Source of the DNA: Nocardioidaceae bacterium
GTDB taxonomy: Bacteria; Actinomycetota; Actinomycetes; Propionibacteriales; Nocardioidaceae
Direction: 5' to 3'
DNA length: 64,000 nucleotides
NCBI GenBank assembly: GCA_035634095.1
Contig: DASQDP010000049.1
Location: forward strand, 1,711-65,710
Under the pieces are notes generated by a model that was given only the letters and a program-made list of their open reading frames with translations, searched no databases and was not told the origin of the DNA. Both the position numbers and the translations under genes were made by a program. Every line of letters starts with the position of its first letter. Positions within the stretch are counted from its first letter, which is position 1. Positions 50,703 through 59,697 of this stretch are shown here, piece after piece.

Positions 50703-51359
50703 TCATGCGCGGTGAGCTCGCGGCACGTGGAGCTGGTCCAGTAGGGCGATGACGCGGCGTTCCACCTCGTCGCGGACGGGGCGAACGGCGTCAACGTCGA
50801 GGCCGGCGGGGTCGTCGAGGGTCCACTCCTCGTAGCGCTTGCCGGGGAAGATGGGACAGGCGTCGCCGCAGCCCATGGTGATGACGACATCGGCAGCTCG
50901 GACGACCTCGTCGGTCCAGGGCTTGGGGTACTCGGTGCTGATGTCGATGCCGCGTTCGGCCATGGCGGCGACGGCGGCTGGGTTGATCTCGTGGCCGGGT
51001 TCGGATCCACCGGACCAGGCGATGGCGGCGTCTCCGGCGTACCTCTCGAAGAATCCCATCGCCATCTGCGAGCGGCCCGCGTTGTGTGTGCAGAGGAAGA
51101 GGACGACTGGTCTCCCGTCCGAGGTGAGGCCCTCCACCTTGGCCAGGGCCTTGAGTCGCTGCTCGGCGAACCGCTCGGCGAGCAGAGGCAGGAAGCTCGT
51201 GACGGTGGCTCGGCTTGCGAACTGGTCGTAGGAGGTGTGCAGGAATCGCTCGATCGTCTCGGCGGAGAAGACGCCCTCGAAAGCGCGGGCGAGTCGGGTC
51301 GCGGCCGACGTCAGGGCGACGATCTGGTCGAGGGAGATGTCGGGGCGGGTCTCGGTCAT
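50703..51359 (-). CDS. arsC: Arsenate reductase, LMW-PTP fold with N-terminal helical bundle
   Basis: FLCTHNAGRSQMA P-loop; TMGCGDACP with two resolving Cys. Confidence 0.92.
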   Translation of the reverse strand: MTETRPDISLDQIVALTSAATRLARAFEGVFSAETIERFLHTSYDQFASRATVTSFLPLLAERFAEQRLKALAKVEGLTSDGRPVVLFLCTHNAGRSQMAMGFFERYAGDAAIAWSGGSEPGHEINPAAVAAMAERGIDISTEYPKPWTDEVVRAADVVITMGCGDACPIFPGKRYEEWTLDDPAGLDVDAVRPVRDEVERRVIALLDQLHVPRAHRA

Positions 51360-51372
51360 GGCGATGCTCCGA

Positions 51373-52056
51373 TCAAGAGGCGTGTAGTCGGGGGGCGAGC
51401 TGGGATATGCGGTGGGTGAGCTCGGTGTACGCCGCGTCGAATGCTGAGTCGGTGCCGATGCGGACCGGGTCGCGCACTGACCAGTGCAAGGCGCTGACTC
51501 GCGTTTCTGCGGCGAGCTGCTCGTGGGCGTTGTCGCAGACAGTGATGAGGAGGTCCTCGGCTCGGAGGACGTCCTGCAGCGAGCACGGGCTGGCGTCCAG
51601 CAGTGGTGTTCCGTGCCGAAGGGCTGCTGCCACAGCGCCGGGATGCACCGCGGGGGCGGGGCGGGTGCCGGCTGATACCGCTGGAACGGAGCTCGAACGG
51701 CGCCAGAGCGTTGCTGCCATCTGCGAACGGGCCGAGTTCGCGGTGCAGACGAAGACCACCCTAGGGACAGCGGCCACGGGCACGGGGGTCAGGCTGTCGA
51801 GCGTGGCCGGAACCAGCTGGACGTAGGCCCTTCGCCGGTCGGCCTCGGACCGGGTCCGCACCACCAGCCCCTCCCTCTCGAGGACCTTGAGGTGGTGAGC
51901 GACCAGGTTGGAGGGCATCGCCAACAAGCTCTGCAACTCGATCGGGGCGGCGTCTCCGAGCAACAGCGTGTCGACGATCCGGACTCGGGCCGGATCGGCG
52001 AGAGCGGCGTGCACGTGAGCCCGATGCTCTGCCGTTGCTCCTCGCTCAACAGTCAT
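51373..52056 (-). CDS. ArsR HTH / LMW-PTP (ArsC-like) fusion regulator
   Basis: HAALADPARVRIV..SNLVAHHL HTH; FVCTANSARSQMA; TVCD. Confidence 0.88.
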   Translation of the reverse strand: MTVERGATAEHRAHVHAALADPARVRIVDTLLLGDAAPIELQSLLAMPSNLVAHHLKVLEREGLVVRTRSEADRRRAYVQLVPATLDSLTPVPVAAVPRVVFVCTANSARSQMAATLWRRSSSVPAVSAGTRPAPAVHPGAVAAALRHGTPLLDASPCSLQDVLRAEDLLITVCDNAHEQLAAETRVSALHWSVRDPVRIGTDSAFDAAYTELTHRISQLAPRLHAS

Positions 52057-52080
52057 TGACTCAACATTGCCTGAGTCAAT
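52055..52080. promoter_or_regulatory. Operator palindrome over the start of the ArsR-ArsC fusion
   Basis: ATTGACTCA-N8-TGAGTCAAT, perfect 9-bp arms. Confidence 0.75.
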
Positions 52081-52151
52081 CGCCGGGCGTCAAGGCGGGC
52101 CTCCCCGTCACGGTGATGCGCCGGTGCAGGTACGCCGACTCGTCGACTGGC

Positions 52152-52892
52152 TCATGGAGCGAGCTCCCTGTTGCGCTCACGGCCGGGGTCGGGCCCGCGG
52201 TGGCGGTCGGTGAGCTCGGCCGCTCGGACTTCGGCTCCCGGGTAGAGCGCACGGATGAGTGCGTATCCGAGGACTCCGCCGATCAGCTGCATGGGCACGA
52301 ACATGGCCACCGAGCTCGGCGCGATGCCGGCGAAGGTGTCGGACAGGGTGCGCGCCACGGTGACGGCGGGGTTGGCGAAGCTGGTGGAGCTGGTGAACCA
52401 GTACGCCGCAGTGATGTAGCCGCCGACCGCAAAGGCCACCGAGTCGGCGCGCCCGGAACGCACGGTCCCGAAGATGACCAGCAGCAACCCCAGGGTGGCG
52501 ACCACTTCGCCCAGCCAGAGGCCGCCGCCTGAGCGGACGTTCGTGGAGACGGTCACGGCGTCGAGGTCGAACATCAGGTTGGCGACGACGGCGCCCAGCG
52601 CGCCGCCGAGGAGCTGGGCCGCGACCAGCACACCTGCGTCGCGGGTGCTGACTGCTCCGAGTGCGCGCTCCACGAGGGTGACGACCGGGTTGAACGCCGC
52701 GGAGACCGGTTGCAGGGCCAGGATCAGGGCAATCAGGGCGGCGCCGGTGATCAGGCTGTTCTCCAGCAGCTGCAGCCCGACGTCGTCGGGGGAGAGTCGG
52801 CTGGCTGCGATCCCGGACCCGATCACGGCCGCGACCAGGAAGGCCGTCCCGACCAGCTCCGCCACGGCCCGACGAGGCAAGGACGTGCTCAC
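52152..52892 (-). CDS. MIP/aquaporin family channel (AqpS-like)
   Basis: AELVGTA, AAFNPVVT, TSSTSFANPAVT; located in the ars operon. Confidence 0.9.
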   Translation of the reverse strand: MSTSLPRRAVAELVGTAFLVAAVIGSGIAASRLSPDDVGLQLLENSLITGAALIALILALQPVSAAFNPVVTLVERALGAVSTRDAGVLVAAQLLGGALGAVVANLMFDLDAVTVSTNVRSGGGLWLGEVVATLGLLLVIFGTVRSGRADSVAFAVGGYITAAYWFTSSTSFANPAVTVARTLSDTFAGIAPSSVAMFVPMQLIGGVLGYALIRALYPGAEVRAAELTDRHRGPDPGRERNRELAP

Positions 52893-53248
52893 GCGCCGGC
52901 TCCGCCGATCAGCGCCGCGATGCTCGCCAGCGCCTCAGGGCGGACCTTGTAGTAAACCCAGGTGCCACGCTTGGTCCGGTCCAGCAGGCCGGTCTCGTGC
53001 AGCACCTTGAGGTGGTGGCTGATGGTGGGCTGGGAGAGGTCGAAGGCGTCGGTGAGGTCACACACGCACGCCTCGCCACCCTTGTGAGAGGCCACCAACG
53101 ACACCAGACGCAGGCGGACCGGGTCGGCCATCGCCTTCAGCACCGGCGCCACCCGCTCGGCCTGCTCCCTGGACAGGGGCTCCCGTTGCAGCGGTGAGCA
53201 GCACGCTGCCGTCTCCACGGGCGACAGGTCGGTCATAGTGTTCGACAC
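52889..53248 (-). CDS. arsR: ArsR/SmtB metalloregulator
   Basis: N-terminal CC, KAMADPVRLRL, ACVCDL, LSQPTISHHLKVL. Confidence 0.93.
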   Translation of the reverse strand: MSNTMTDLSPVETAACCSPLQREPLSREQAERVAPVLKAMADPVRLRLVSLVASHKGGEACVCDLTDAFDLSQPTISHHLKVLHETGLLDRTKRGTWVYYKVRPEALASIAALIGGAGA

Positions 53249-53310
53249 ACGTCTATGTTGACATGCATCAATGTCCGTGGCAACGTAGGAGACATCGATA
53301 AGCGTCGATG
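53241..53310. promoter_or_regulatory. Divergent ars promoter region with ArsR-type dyads
   Basis: TTCGACACACGTCTA (53241), TTGA-CATGCA-TCAA (53258), CATCGA-TAAGCG-TCGATG (53293). Confidence 0.6.
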
Positions 53311-53349
53311 CAAGCTGATCCGCACGCTCTATGTCTTCGGAGGAGCCAC

Positions 53350-54723
53350 ATGAAAGCGTTCGATTCGTCGGTCCCGGCTGCGCAGCACCCGATGGTGATC
53401 GTCGGTGCCGGCCCGATAGGGCTCGCGGCGGCTGCCAACGCGGCCGAGCGGGGGATGATCTTCGTCGTCCTCGAGGCCGGTCCGGCGGCTGGCGCGGCCG
53501 TGGCAGAATGGGCGCACGTGCGGTTGTTCTCGCCGTGGTCCGAGCTCATCGACCCGGCCGCCCGCCGGATCCTCGAGGAGACCGGCTGGACCGCTCCGGA
53601 CGACACTGCCTACCCCACCGGCGGGGACTGGCGCGCAGAGTACCTCCAGCCGCTGGCCGCCGCCCTCGACGTGCAGCCGAACCGCGTCCGCTACGACACC
53701 AGAGTCACCGGTGTGGCTGTCCACGGCCGCGACCGGGTGGTCGACTCCGGCCGCTCAGCCGACCCGTTCGTGGTCCATGTGGACACACCAGCCGGACCGG
53801 AGCGGATCCTGGCGAGCGCGGTGGTGGACGCCTCAGGCACGTGGGGGAGGCCGAATCCGCTGGGTGCCGACGGATATCCGGCGATCGGCGAGCAGGCCCA
53901 CGCCGGCCGGATCACCTACGGCATCCCCGACTTCCGCGACACGGCTGTGCGCGCCCGGTACGCCGGCAGGCACGTCGCCGTCGCCGGCAAGGGCGCCTCC
54001 GCCCAGGGGGTGCTGATCGGGCTGGCGCAGCTCGCCGAGGACGCCCCGGGAACGCGGGTCTCGTGGCTGCTGCGCCGCGGGAGCGTCGGCGATGCGTTCG
54101 GTGGCGGCGACAACGACCAGCTCGAGCAGCGGGGAGCGCTCGGCCTGCAGGCGAAGGCAGCCGCCACCAGCGGGCACGTCACCGATGTGACCTCGTTCCG
54201 CACCCAGTCGGTCAGCGCCCAGGACGACGGCCGCCTGACGCTCGCCTCCGTGAACGGGCGGCAGGTCAGGGACGTGGACGAGGTGATCGTCGTGACCGGG
54301 TTCCGCCCAGACCTGTCGTTCCTCAGCGAGGTCCGCTTGGACCTGGACCCGGTGCTGTCCTCCGCGCGAGCGCTCGCAGGAGAGATCGACCCCTCCTTCC
54401 ACTCCTGCGGGGACGTCTCCCCGCACGGCTACCAGGAGCTCGCCCAACCCGAGGAGCGCCTCTACATCGTGGGCATGAAGTCCTACGGTCGGGCGCCGTC
54501 GTTCCTGGCGATGACCGGCTTCGAGCAGGTCCGGTCCGTGGTGGCAGCCCTGGACGGAGACCTCGAGGCAGCCGCACGTGTGGACCTGGTGCTCCCCGAG
54601 ACCGGCGTGTGCGGCGGGTCCGGGCTCTTCGACGACCCCGCCGCTGCCGGAGGCTGCTGCGGCGCACCGGCCGCTTCGGAGCCTCAGCTGGTCACCCTGG
54701 GTCGCTCGACCGGCCACTCATGA
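53350..54723 (+). CDS. FAD-dependent oxidoreductase of ars clusters with C-terminal Cys motifs
   Basis: VGAGPIGLAAA, DASGTW, HSCG, GMKSYGRAPSFL, PETGVCG..GGCCG. Confidence 0.88.
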   Translation: MKAFDSSVPAAQHPMVIVGAGPIGLAAAANAAERGMIFVVLEAGPAAGAAVAEWAHVRLFSPWSELIDPAARRILEETGWTAPDDTAYPTGGDWRAEYLQPLAAALDVQPNRVRYDTRVTGVAVHGRDRVVDSGRSADPFVVHVDTPAGPERILASAVVDASGTWGRPNPLGADGYPAIGEQAHAGRITYGIPDFRDTAVRARYAGRHVAVAGKGASAQGVLIGLAQLAEDAPGTRVSWLLRRGSVGDAFGGGDNDQLEQRGALGLQAKAAATSGHVTDVTSFRTQSVSAQDDGRLTLASVNGRQVRDVDEVIVVTGFRPDLSFLSEVRLDLDPVLSSARALAGEIDPSFHSCGDVSPHGYQELAQPEERLYIVGMKSYGRAPSFLAMTGFEQVRSVVAALDGDLEAAARVDLVLPETGVCGGSGLFDDPAAAGGCCGAPAASEPQLVTLGRSTGHS

Positions 54724-54754
54724 GAGTCCACCACTCGGATGACCACGTGGACAG

Positions 54755-56038
54755 GTGACCCACCCGGCGGCTCCGATGCAGCCCGGCGCCCTCGACGGTC
54801 CCGGGCTGCGACGAGTGGTCGCTGCCCTGTCGCTCACCCAGATCACCAGCTGGGGGGTCCTGTACTACGCTTTCGCGGCCCTCTCTCCGTCGATCATGGC
54901 CGACACCGGCTGGTCGAGTGTGCAGGTGACTGGCGCGTTCTCGCTGTCACAGCTGGTGTCCGCCGTCGCCGGCATCTGGGTTGGCCGTCATATCGACCGG
55001 GTGGGCCCGCGCCGGGTGATGACGGCCTGTTCCCTGCTCACCGTCCCGGGCTTGCTGGCCGTGGCGACCGCTCAGGACGTGGTCGTGTTCTACGTCGGCT
55101 GGCTGATGGCGGGCGCCGCGATGGCCGGGGTGCTGTATCCGCCTGCGTTCGCAGCGCTGACCCGCTGGGGTGGTGGGCGCCGAGTCGAGGCTCTGACGAC
55201 GCTGACCTTGGTCGCCGGCTTGGCGAGCACCGTCTTCGCTCCGCTCGCCTCGGGACTCGAGGGCTGGCTCGACTGGCGCGGCGCGTACCTCGTGCTACTC
55301 GGCGGGCTGGTCGCCATCACGGTGCCGCTGCACTGGTGGGGCCTTCGCCACCCCTGGCTCACCGGTCCGCATGACGATCCGACGTTCGACACGGGCGAGA
55401 CGACGACTGCCCCGACGCTCGACGTCCGCGAGGTCATCGGGAGCCAAGCCTTCGTCCTGCTGACGGTCGCTATGGCACTCACGTCACTGTCGGTGTTCGC
55501 CGTGGTGATCAACCTCGTCCCGATGCTGGTGGAACAGGGCATGACTCCCCATCTCGCTGCAGTGGCGCTCGGGCTTGGTGGTGTCGGCCAGGTCGCGGGC
55601 CGGCTCGGGTACGCACGGTTCGCCGCTCGCACCACGATCACCGCTCGGACCGTCATCGTTGCCGCTGCCCTCGCTGTGGCGACGGGAGCCCTGGCGCTGT
55701 CCCCAGACGTCCCAGCAGTCCTGGTCGGGCTGGGGATGCTGGCCGGTCTCGCCCGGGGGATCTACACCCTGATCCAGGCAACTGCCGTCACCGACCGGTG
55801 GGGCCCCGCTGCGTACGGCACGCTCAACGGCGTGCTCACCGCACCCAGCCTCATCGCCTCCGCCGCCGCCCCCTTCATCGGTGCTGCCCTCGCCCAGGTC
55901 CTCGGGAGCTACACGGACGCCTTCCTCGTCCTGGCCGGCCTCACCGGAGTAGCCGCGATCCTGTTCACTTACGCCTCTCCGAACGGGCGCCCGTCGTCGC
56001 CTGCGACCCTCACGACCGAAGGAACCCACCATGCGTGA
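54755..56038 (+). CDS. MFS transporter (ArsK-like)
   Basis: TQITSWGVLYYAF; about 12 TM; ars operon context. Confidence 0.8.
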   Translation: MTHPAAPMQPGALDGPGLRRVVAALSLTQITSWGVLYYAFAALSPSIMADTGWSSVQVTGAFSLSQLVSAVAGIWVGRHIDRVGPRRVMTACSLLTVPGLLAVATAQDVVVFYVGWLMAGAAMAGVLYPPAFAALTRWGGGRRVEALTTLTLVAGLASTVFAPLASGLEGWLDWRGAYLVLLGGLVAITVPLHWWGLRHPWLTGPHDDPTFDTGETTTAPTLDVREVIGSQAFVLLTVAMALTSLSVFAVVINLVPMLVEQGMTPHLAAVALGLGGVGQVAGRLGYARFAARTTITARTVIVAAALAVATGALALSPDVPAVLVGLGMLAGLARGIYTLIQATAVTDRWGPAAYGTLNGVLTAPSLIASAAAPFIGAALAQVLGSYTDAFLVLAGLTGVAAILFTYASPNGRPSSPATLTTEGTHHA

Positions 56039-56465
56039 CCACCGACCTGACACTCCGTCCGTCCTCTTCGTCTGCGTCAAGAACGGCGGCAAGTCCCAGA
56101 TGGCAGCCGGCCTGATGCGTCAGCTGGCGGGTGACGCGATCACAGTCGACTCCGCGGGCACCCGACCAGGCGTCGCGGTCAACGACCTGTCTGCCGCCGC
56201 GCTGGCCGAGGTCGGGGTCGACATCAGCGACCAGACCCCGAAGCCAGTGACCGACGAGCTCGTCCGGTCCGCCGACATCGTGGTGACCCTGGGCCGCGAC
56301 GCCCGCGTCGACGCCGTGCCTGGCACACCGGTCGAGAACTGGGACACCGACGAGCCCTCCGAGCGCGGCCTCGACGGCATCGAGCGGATGCGCCTGGTCC
56401 GAGACGACATCGCCACACGAGTCCGCGAGCTGGCGAATCGCCTCGGTGGCGCGCCCCTCGCGTGA
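56031..56465 (+). CDS. arsC: LMW-PTP-fold arsenate reductase, probable mycothiol-linked type
   Basis: FVCVKNGGKSQMAA; single Cys with no resolving cysteines. Confidence 0.82.
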   Translation: MRDHRPDTPSVLFVCVKNGGKSQMAAGLMRQLAGDAITVDSAGTRPGVAVNDLSAAALAEVGVDISDQTPKPVTDELVRSADIVVTLGRDARVDAVPGTPVENWDTDEPSERGLDGIERMRLVRDDIATRVRELANRLGGAPLA

Positions 56466-57598
56466 AGTCCCTCGACGGAAGCTCGTTCAAGGTCGTCGTC
56501 ATCGGCGCGGGCCAGGCCGGAGTGTCTGCCGGCTTCTACCTTCGCCGCGCGGGCCTGACAGCTGAGGAGTACGCCATCCTCGATGCGAATGCCTCACCCG
56601 GCGGCGCGTGGCGGCACGGCTGGGACTCGTTACGCCTCTTCTCGCCCTCTGAGTACTCCTCGCTGTCCGGTCGCCCCATGCCGACCTGGCGCGAGGGATT
56701 CCCGCCGGCTCACCACGTCCAGGACTACCTCACCGACTACGAGCGGCGGTACGACCTCCCTGTCCATCGTCCAGTGACGGTGACGGCGGTCCAGCGCGCT
56801 GGCAGAGGACCAGTTCGCTACCGGCTGGAGACCGACGCCGGGTCCGTCAGCACTGACGCGGTCATCTCGGCCACCGGCACCTGGACGCGGCCCTTCTGGC
56901 CCACCTACCCGGGACAGCGAGACTTCCGCGGACTCCAGCTGCACACCGCCGACTACCGATCCCCGGGTCCTTTCGCTGGTCAGCACGTCGTTGTCGTCGG
57001 CGGCGGGAACTCCGCCGCGCAGCTGCTGGCCGAGATCTCGACCGTGGCCACCACGACGTGGGTCACGCCACGGCCGCCACGGTTCCTGCCCGACGACGTG
57101 GACGGACGGGTCCTGTTCGACGTGGCCACCGCGCGGGCGACCGCCCTGGCGAGCGGCGCACCCGACTCAGGAGGAGTCGGTGGGCTCGGGGACATCGTCA
57201 TGGTGCCGCCCGTCCGGGAGGCACGTGACCGCGGAGTGTTCCGAGCCGTCCCGCCGTTCCGGCTGCTCACCGACGACGCCGTCGTGTGGGCCGACGGCAG
57301 GCGGCAGGCGGCCGACGCGATCGTGTGGTGCACCGGCTTCCGCCCCGCACTCGCCTACCTGGCCCCCCTTCGACTGACCCGCGAGGACGGCCACCCCCGC
57401 ACCCGCGGCACCGAAGCGGTCAATGCTCCCGGCGTCCATCTCCTCGGCTACGGCGACTGGACCGGCCCAGCCTCCGCCACGCTCATCGGGGTTGGGCGCA
57501 CCGCCCGCGACGCAGTCAGCCACCTGCTCAGACCGGTTCATGAGCGGGCCGACCGCACGGGCATTCTCACCTCCGGCCACCAATTCCTCGAGACCTAG
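56462..57598 (+). CDS. arsO: ArsO-family flavin-containing monooxygenase
   Basis: IGAGQAG, WDSLRLFSP, ATGTW, QLHTADY, GGGNSAAQLLAE, WCTGF, GYGDWTG. Confidence 0.85.
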   Translation: MKSLDGSSFKVVVIGAGQAGVSAGFYLRRAGLTAEEYAILDANASPGGAWRHGWDSLRLFSPSEYSSLSGRPMPTWREGFPPAHHVQDYLTDYERRYDLPVHRPVTVTAVQRAGRGPVRYRLETDAGSVSTDAVISATGTWTRPFWPTYPGQRDFRGLQLHTADYRSPGPFAGQHVVVVGGGNSAAQLLAEISTVATTTWVTPRPPRFLPDDVDGRVLFDVATARATALASGAPDSGGVGGLGDIVMVPPVREARDRGVFRAVPPFRLLTDDAVVWADGRRQAADAIVWCTGFRPALAYLAPLRLTREDGHPRTRGTEAVNAPGVHLLGYGDWTGPASATLIGVGRTARDAVSHLLRPVHERADRTGILTSGHQFLET

Positions 57599-58052
57599 CA
57601 CCGCAACGTCTCCCTCGACAGCTCTGCGATCGGTCTGGACTGACTCAGGCCTGGGTCGCGGCACTGGTCTGCCGGTCCGAAGACTGGCTGAGCAAGATGG
57701 AGGGGGGCAACCAGACCCTCGTCGCCCTCGGTGCTCGGCCCGGAGCTGAACGTCCAGCACGGGCAGTCCCCTGAGCCACGCCTCGTCACGGTGCCCCAAG
57801 GACGTCGCGCTTCGCTTGGCACTGTGACAGTGCAGCCTTCTCGCGCCGAGGGCTGGTCGATGGTCTCGAGCCCCATCGGCGATGCGGTGGGACTTGATGG
57901 GCTGGTAACCGCACAGATGCGACGCACGGGGCGCGGGGCCAACGCTAGTTCGCATACCGCATGGTCGAGTGCGGCGAATGGCGGAGGTGTTGACATGAGC
58001 AACAAGCGCTACCAAGGAACCGGACGACCACCCGGCCCACCCCGAAAATGAC

Positions 58053-58088
58053 AAACTCCCGAACCCACAACCGTGGGTTCGGGAGTTT
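58053..58088. terminator. 16-bp perfect hairpin downstream of the tRNA
   Basis: AAACTCCCGAACCCAC-aacc-GTGGGTTCGGGAGTTT. Confidence 0.8.
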
Positions 58089-58109
58089 CCGATGTGCTGA
58101 GACATCACA

Positions 58110-58185
58110 TGGTGCCCCCGGCAGGATTCGAACCTGCGACGCACGGTTTAGGAAACCGACGCTCTATCCCCTGAGCTACGAGGGC
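58110..58185 (-). tRNA. tRNA-Arg(CCT)
   Basis: GCCCTCGTAGCTCAGGGGATAGAGCGTCGGTTTCCTAAACCGTGCGTCGCAGGTTCGAATCCTGCCGGGGGCACCA: cloverleaf, TTCGAAT T-loop, encoded CCA. Confidence 0.96.
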
Positions 58186-58291
58186 GGGGATGGCAGGACC
58201 CTTGCGGCAGCAGCCTCGAGACTGCCGCCGGGTGCCAGCCCTGCTCGAGCGAGGATAGACCACGGCGGGCATGCTCCCGCCGCCGATCGGT

Positions 58292-59446
58292 CTAGCGCGG
58301 CAGCGCCGCCAGTCGCGAGTGGGTGGCCAGCGACAATCCGGCGGCCGTGGCCACGGTCCCGGCGCCGAAGAGGAGCGCCGAGAGGCCATAGACCGGCGTG
58401 AGGGCCCCGACCACGGTGGGGGCGGCGATGGCGCTGACTGCCCCGACCAGCAGGGCAGCGGTGAACCCTTCACCGGGGCTGGCTGGCAGCGCCTCGGCGG
58501 TCCAGATCGCCAGCGCCGTGCCGCCGGCCATGTAGCCGACGCCATAGACGAGGGACGAGGCCACAGTCAGCGAGACCGAGCCATGCGCTGTGGCCAGCAG
58601 GCCCAGCGCCACGCCTTGCGCGCCCACACACAGCGCAGCCACCTGAGCCGTGCCGATCCTCGCGGCCACGCGATCCGTCCACAGAGCGGAGACCCCGGAC
58701 GTCGCCAGGGCGAGGAACAGGACGGCCCCCATGACGCGAGGCAAGCCGGCGTCACTGATCGACTGGTTGGCGTAGGTGAAGTACACGGTGCAGCCGGCCG
58801 AGTAGACAGCGGCGTACAGCAGCACCGGAAGCAGACCCGGACTGACGAGGACCCGCAGCACAGTCGAGGCGAGGGTCGCGCGCGGCTCGAGACGCGGGAC
58901 GTATCGAAGGTTCAGCACGGCAGCGGCAGCTGCAGCGGCGGCGGTCCCCACCCAGACGAGCCGCCAGGAGTCGAGGACGGCGGCGAGCACGATGAACGCG
59001 GCCAGCGTCAGGAAGCCCATGCTGGTGCCGGTGTTGACCACGGAGAGCATCCGCGCACGCAGGTGCACCGGTGCGACGCGCGGCACGATGTCGGAGTACG
59101 GCGCCCAGACCCACCCCGCGGCGGTCCCGGCGAGCGTGGCCCCGGCCGCCAGCAGCAGCGGGGACGGGGCCACGGCCACCACCAGGGCACCGACCACACC
59201 GCAGGCGCCGCCCACCGTCGTGGGGGCTCGAGGCCCCTTGCGCGCCGCGAGCGGCATCGCCATCAGCAGCCCGCACAGGTATCCCGCGAACGTGCCGCTC
59301 GCGATCAGGCCCAGCTGCTGGTCGGACATGGCGAGGTCGCTGCGCACGTCGGGCAGCGTCACGCCGAAGGCGTAGCGCACCATCCCGAACGCGACGCCGA
59401 CGACAGCCGCCCCGGCCACCGCCACGCGCATCTCAGGCGATGTCAC
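58292..59446 (-). CDS. MFS transporter (YbfB/YjiJ-like)
   Basis: AFGMVRYAFGVTLP, FAGYLCG; about 12 TM. Confidence 0.82.
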   Translation of the reverse strand: MTSPEMRVAVAGAAVVGVAFGMVRYAFGVTLPDVRSDLAMSDQQLGLIASGTFAGYLCGLLMAMPLAARKGPRAPTTVGGACGVVGALVVAVAPSPLLLAAGATLAGTAAGWVWAPYSDIVPRVAPVHLRARMLSVVNTGTSMGFLTLAAFIVLAAVLDSWRLVWVGTAAAAAAAAVLNLRYVPRLEPRATLASTVLRVLVSPGLLPVLLYAAVYSAGCTVYFTYANQSISDAGLPRVMGAVLFLALATSGVSALWTDRVAARIGTAQVAALCVGAQGVALGLLATAHGSVSLTVASSLVYGVGYMAGGTALAIWTAEALPASPGEGFTAALLVGAVSAIAAPTVVGALTPVYGLSALLFGAGTVATAAGLSLATHSRLAALPR

Positions 59447-59697
59447 CGTGTTCCTCTTCCCCCGTGCCTCTCGCGAGCATCCCCGCCGGTCGCTCGGGCG
59501 GCGTACCCAATTCCAGCGGCCCACATCTGTGGCATTGGCCACGAGGGGGGCATGACGGGCGGCGGGTCGGGGTTTCGGCCGCATCCATGGGCCCGACGGG
59601 ATCAAAGGAACTCACCTACGCCGGGGCGGTGGCCCGGCAGCGACCGCCGTGCGCCCACCTCGGCGGCACCGGCGCGCGGCATGGAATGGTGGCAGCC

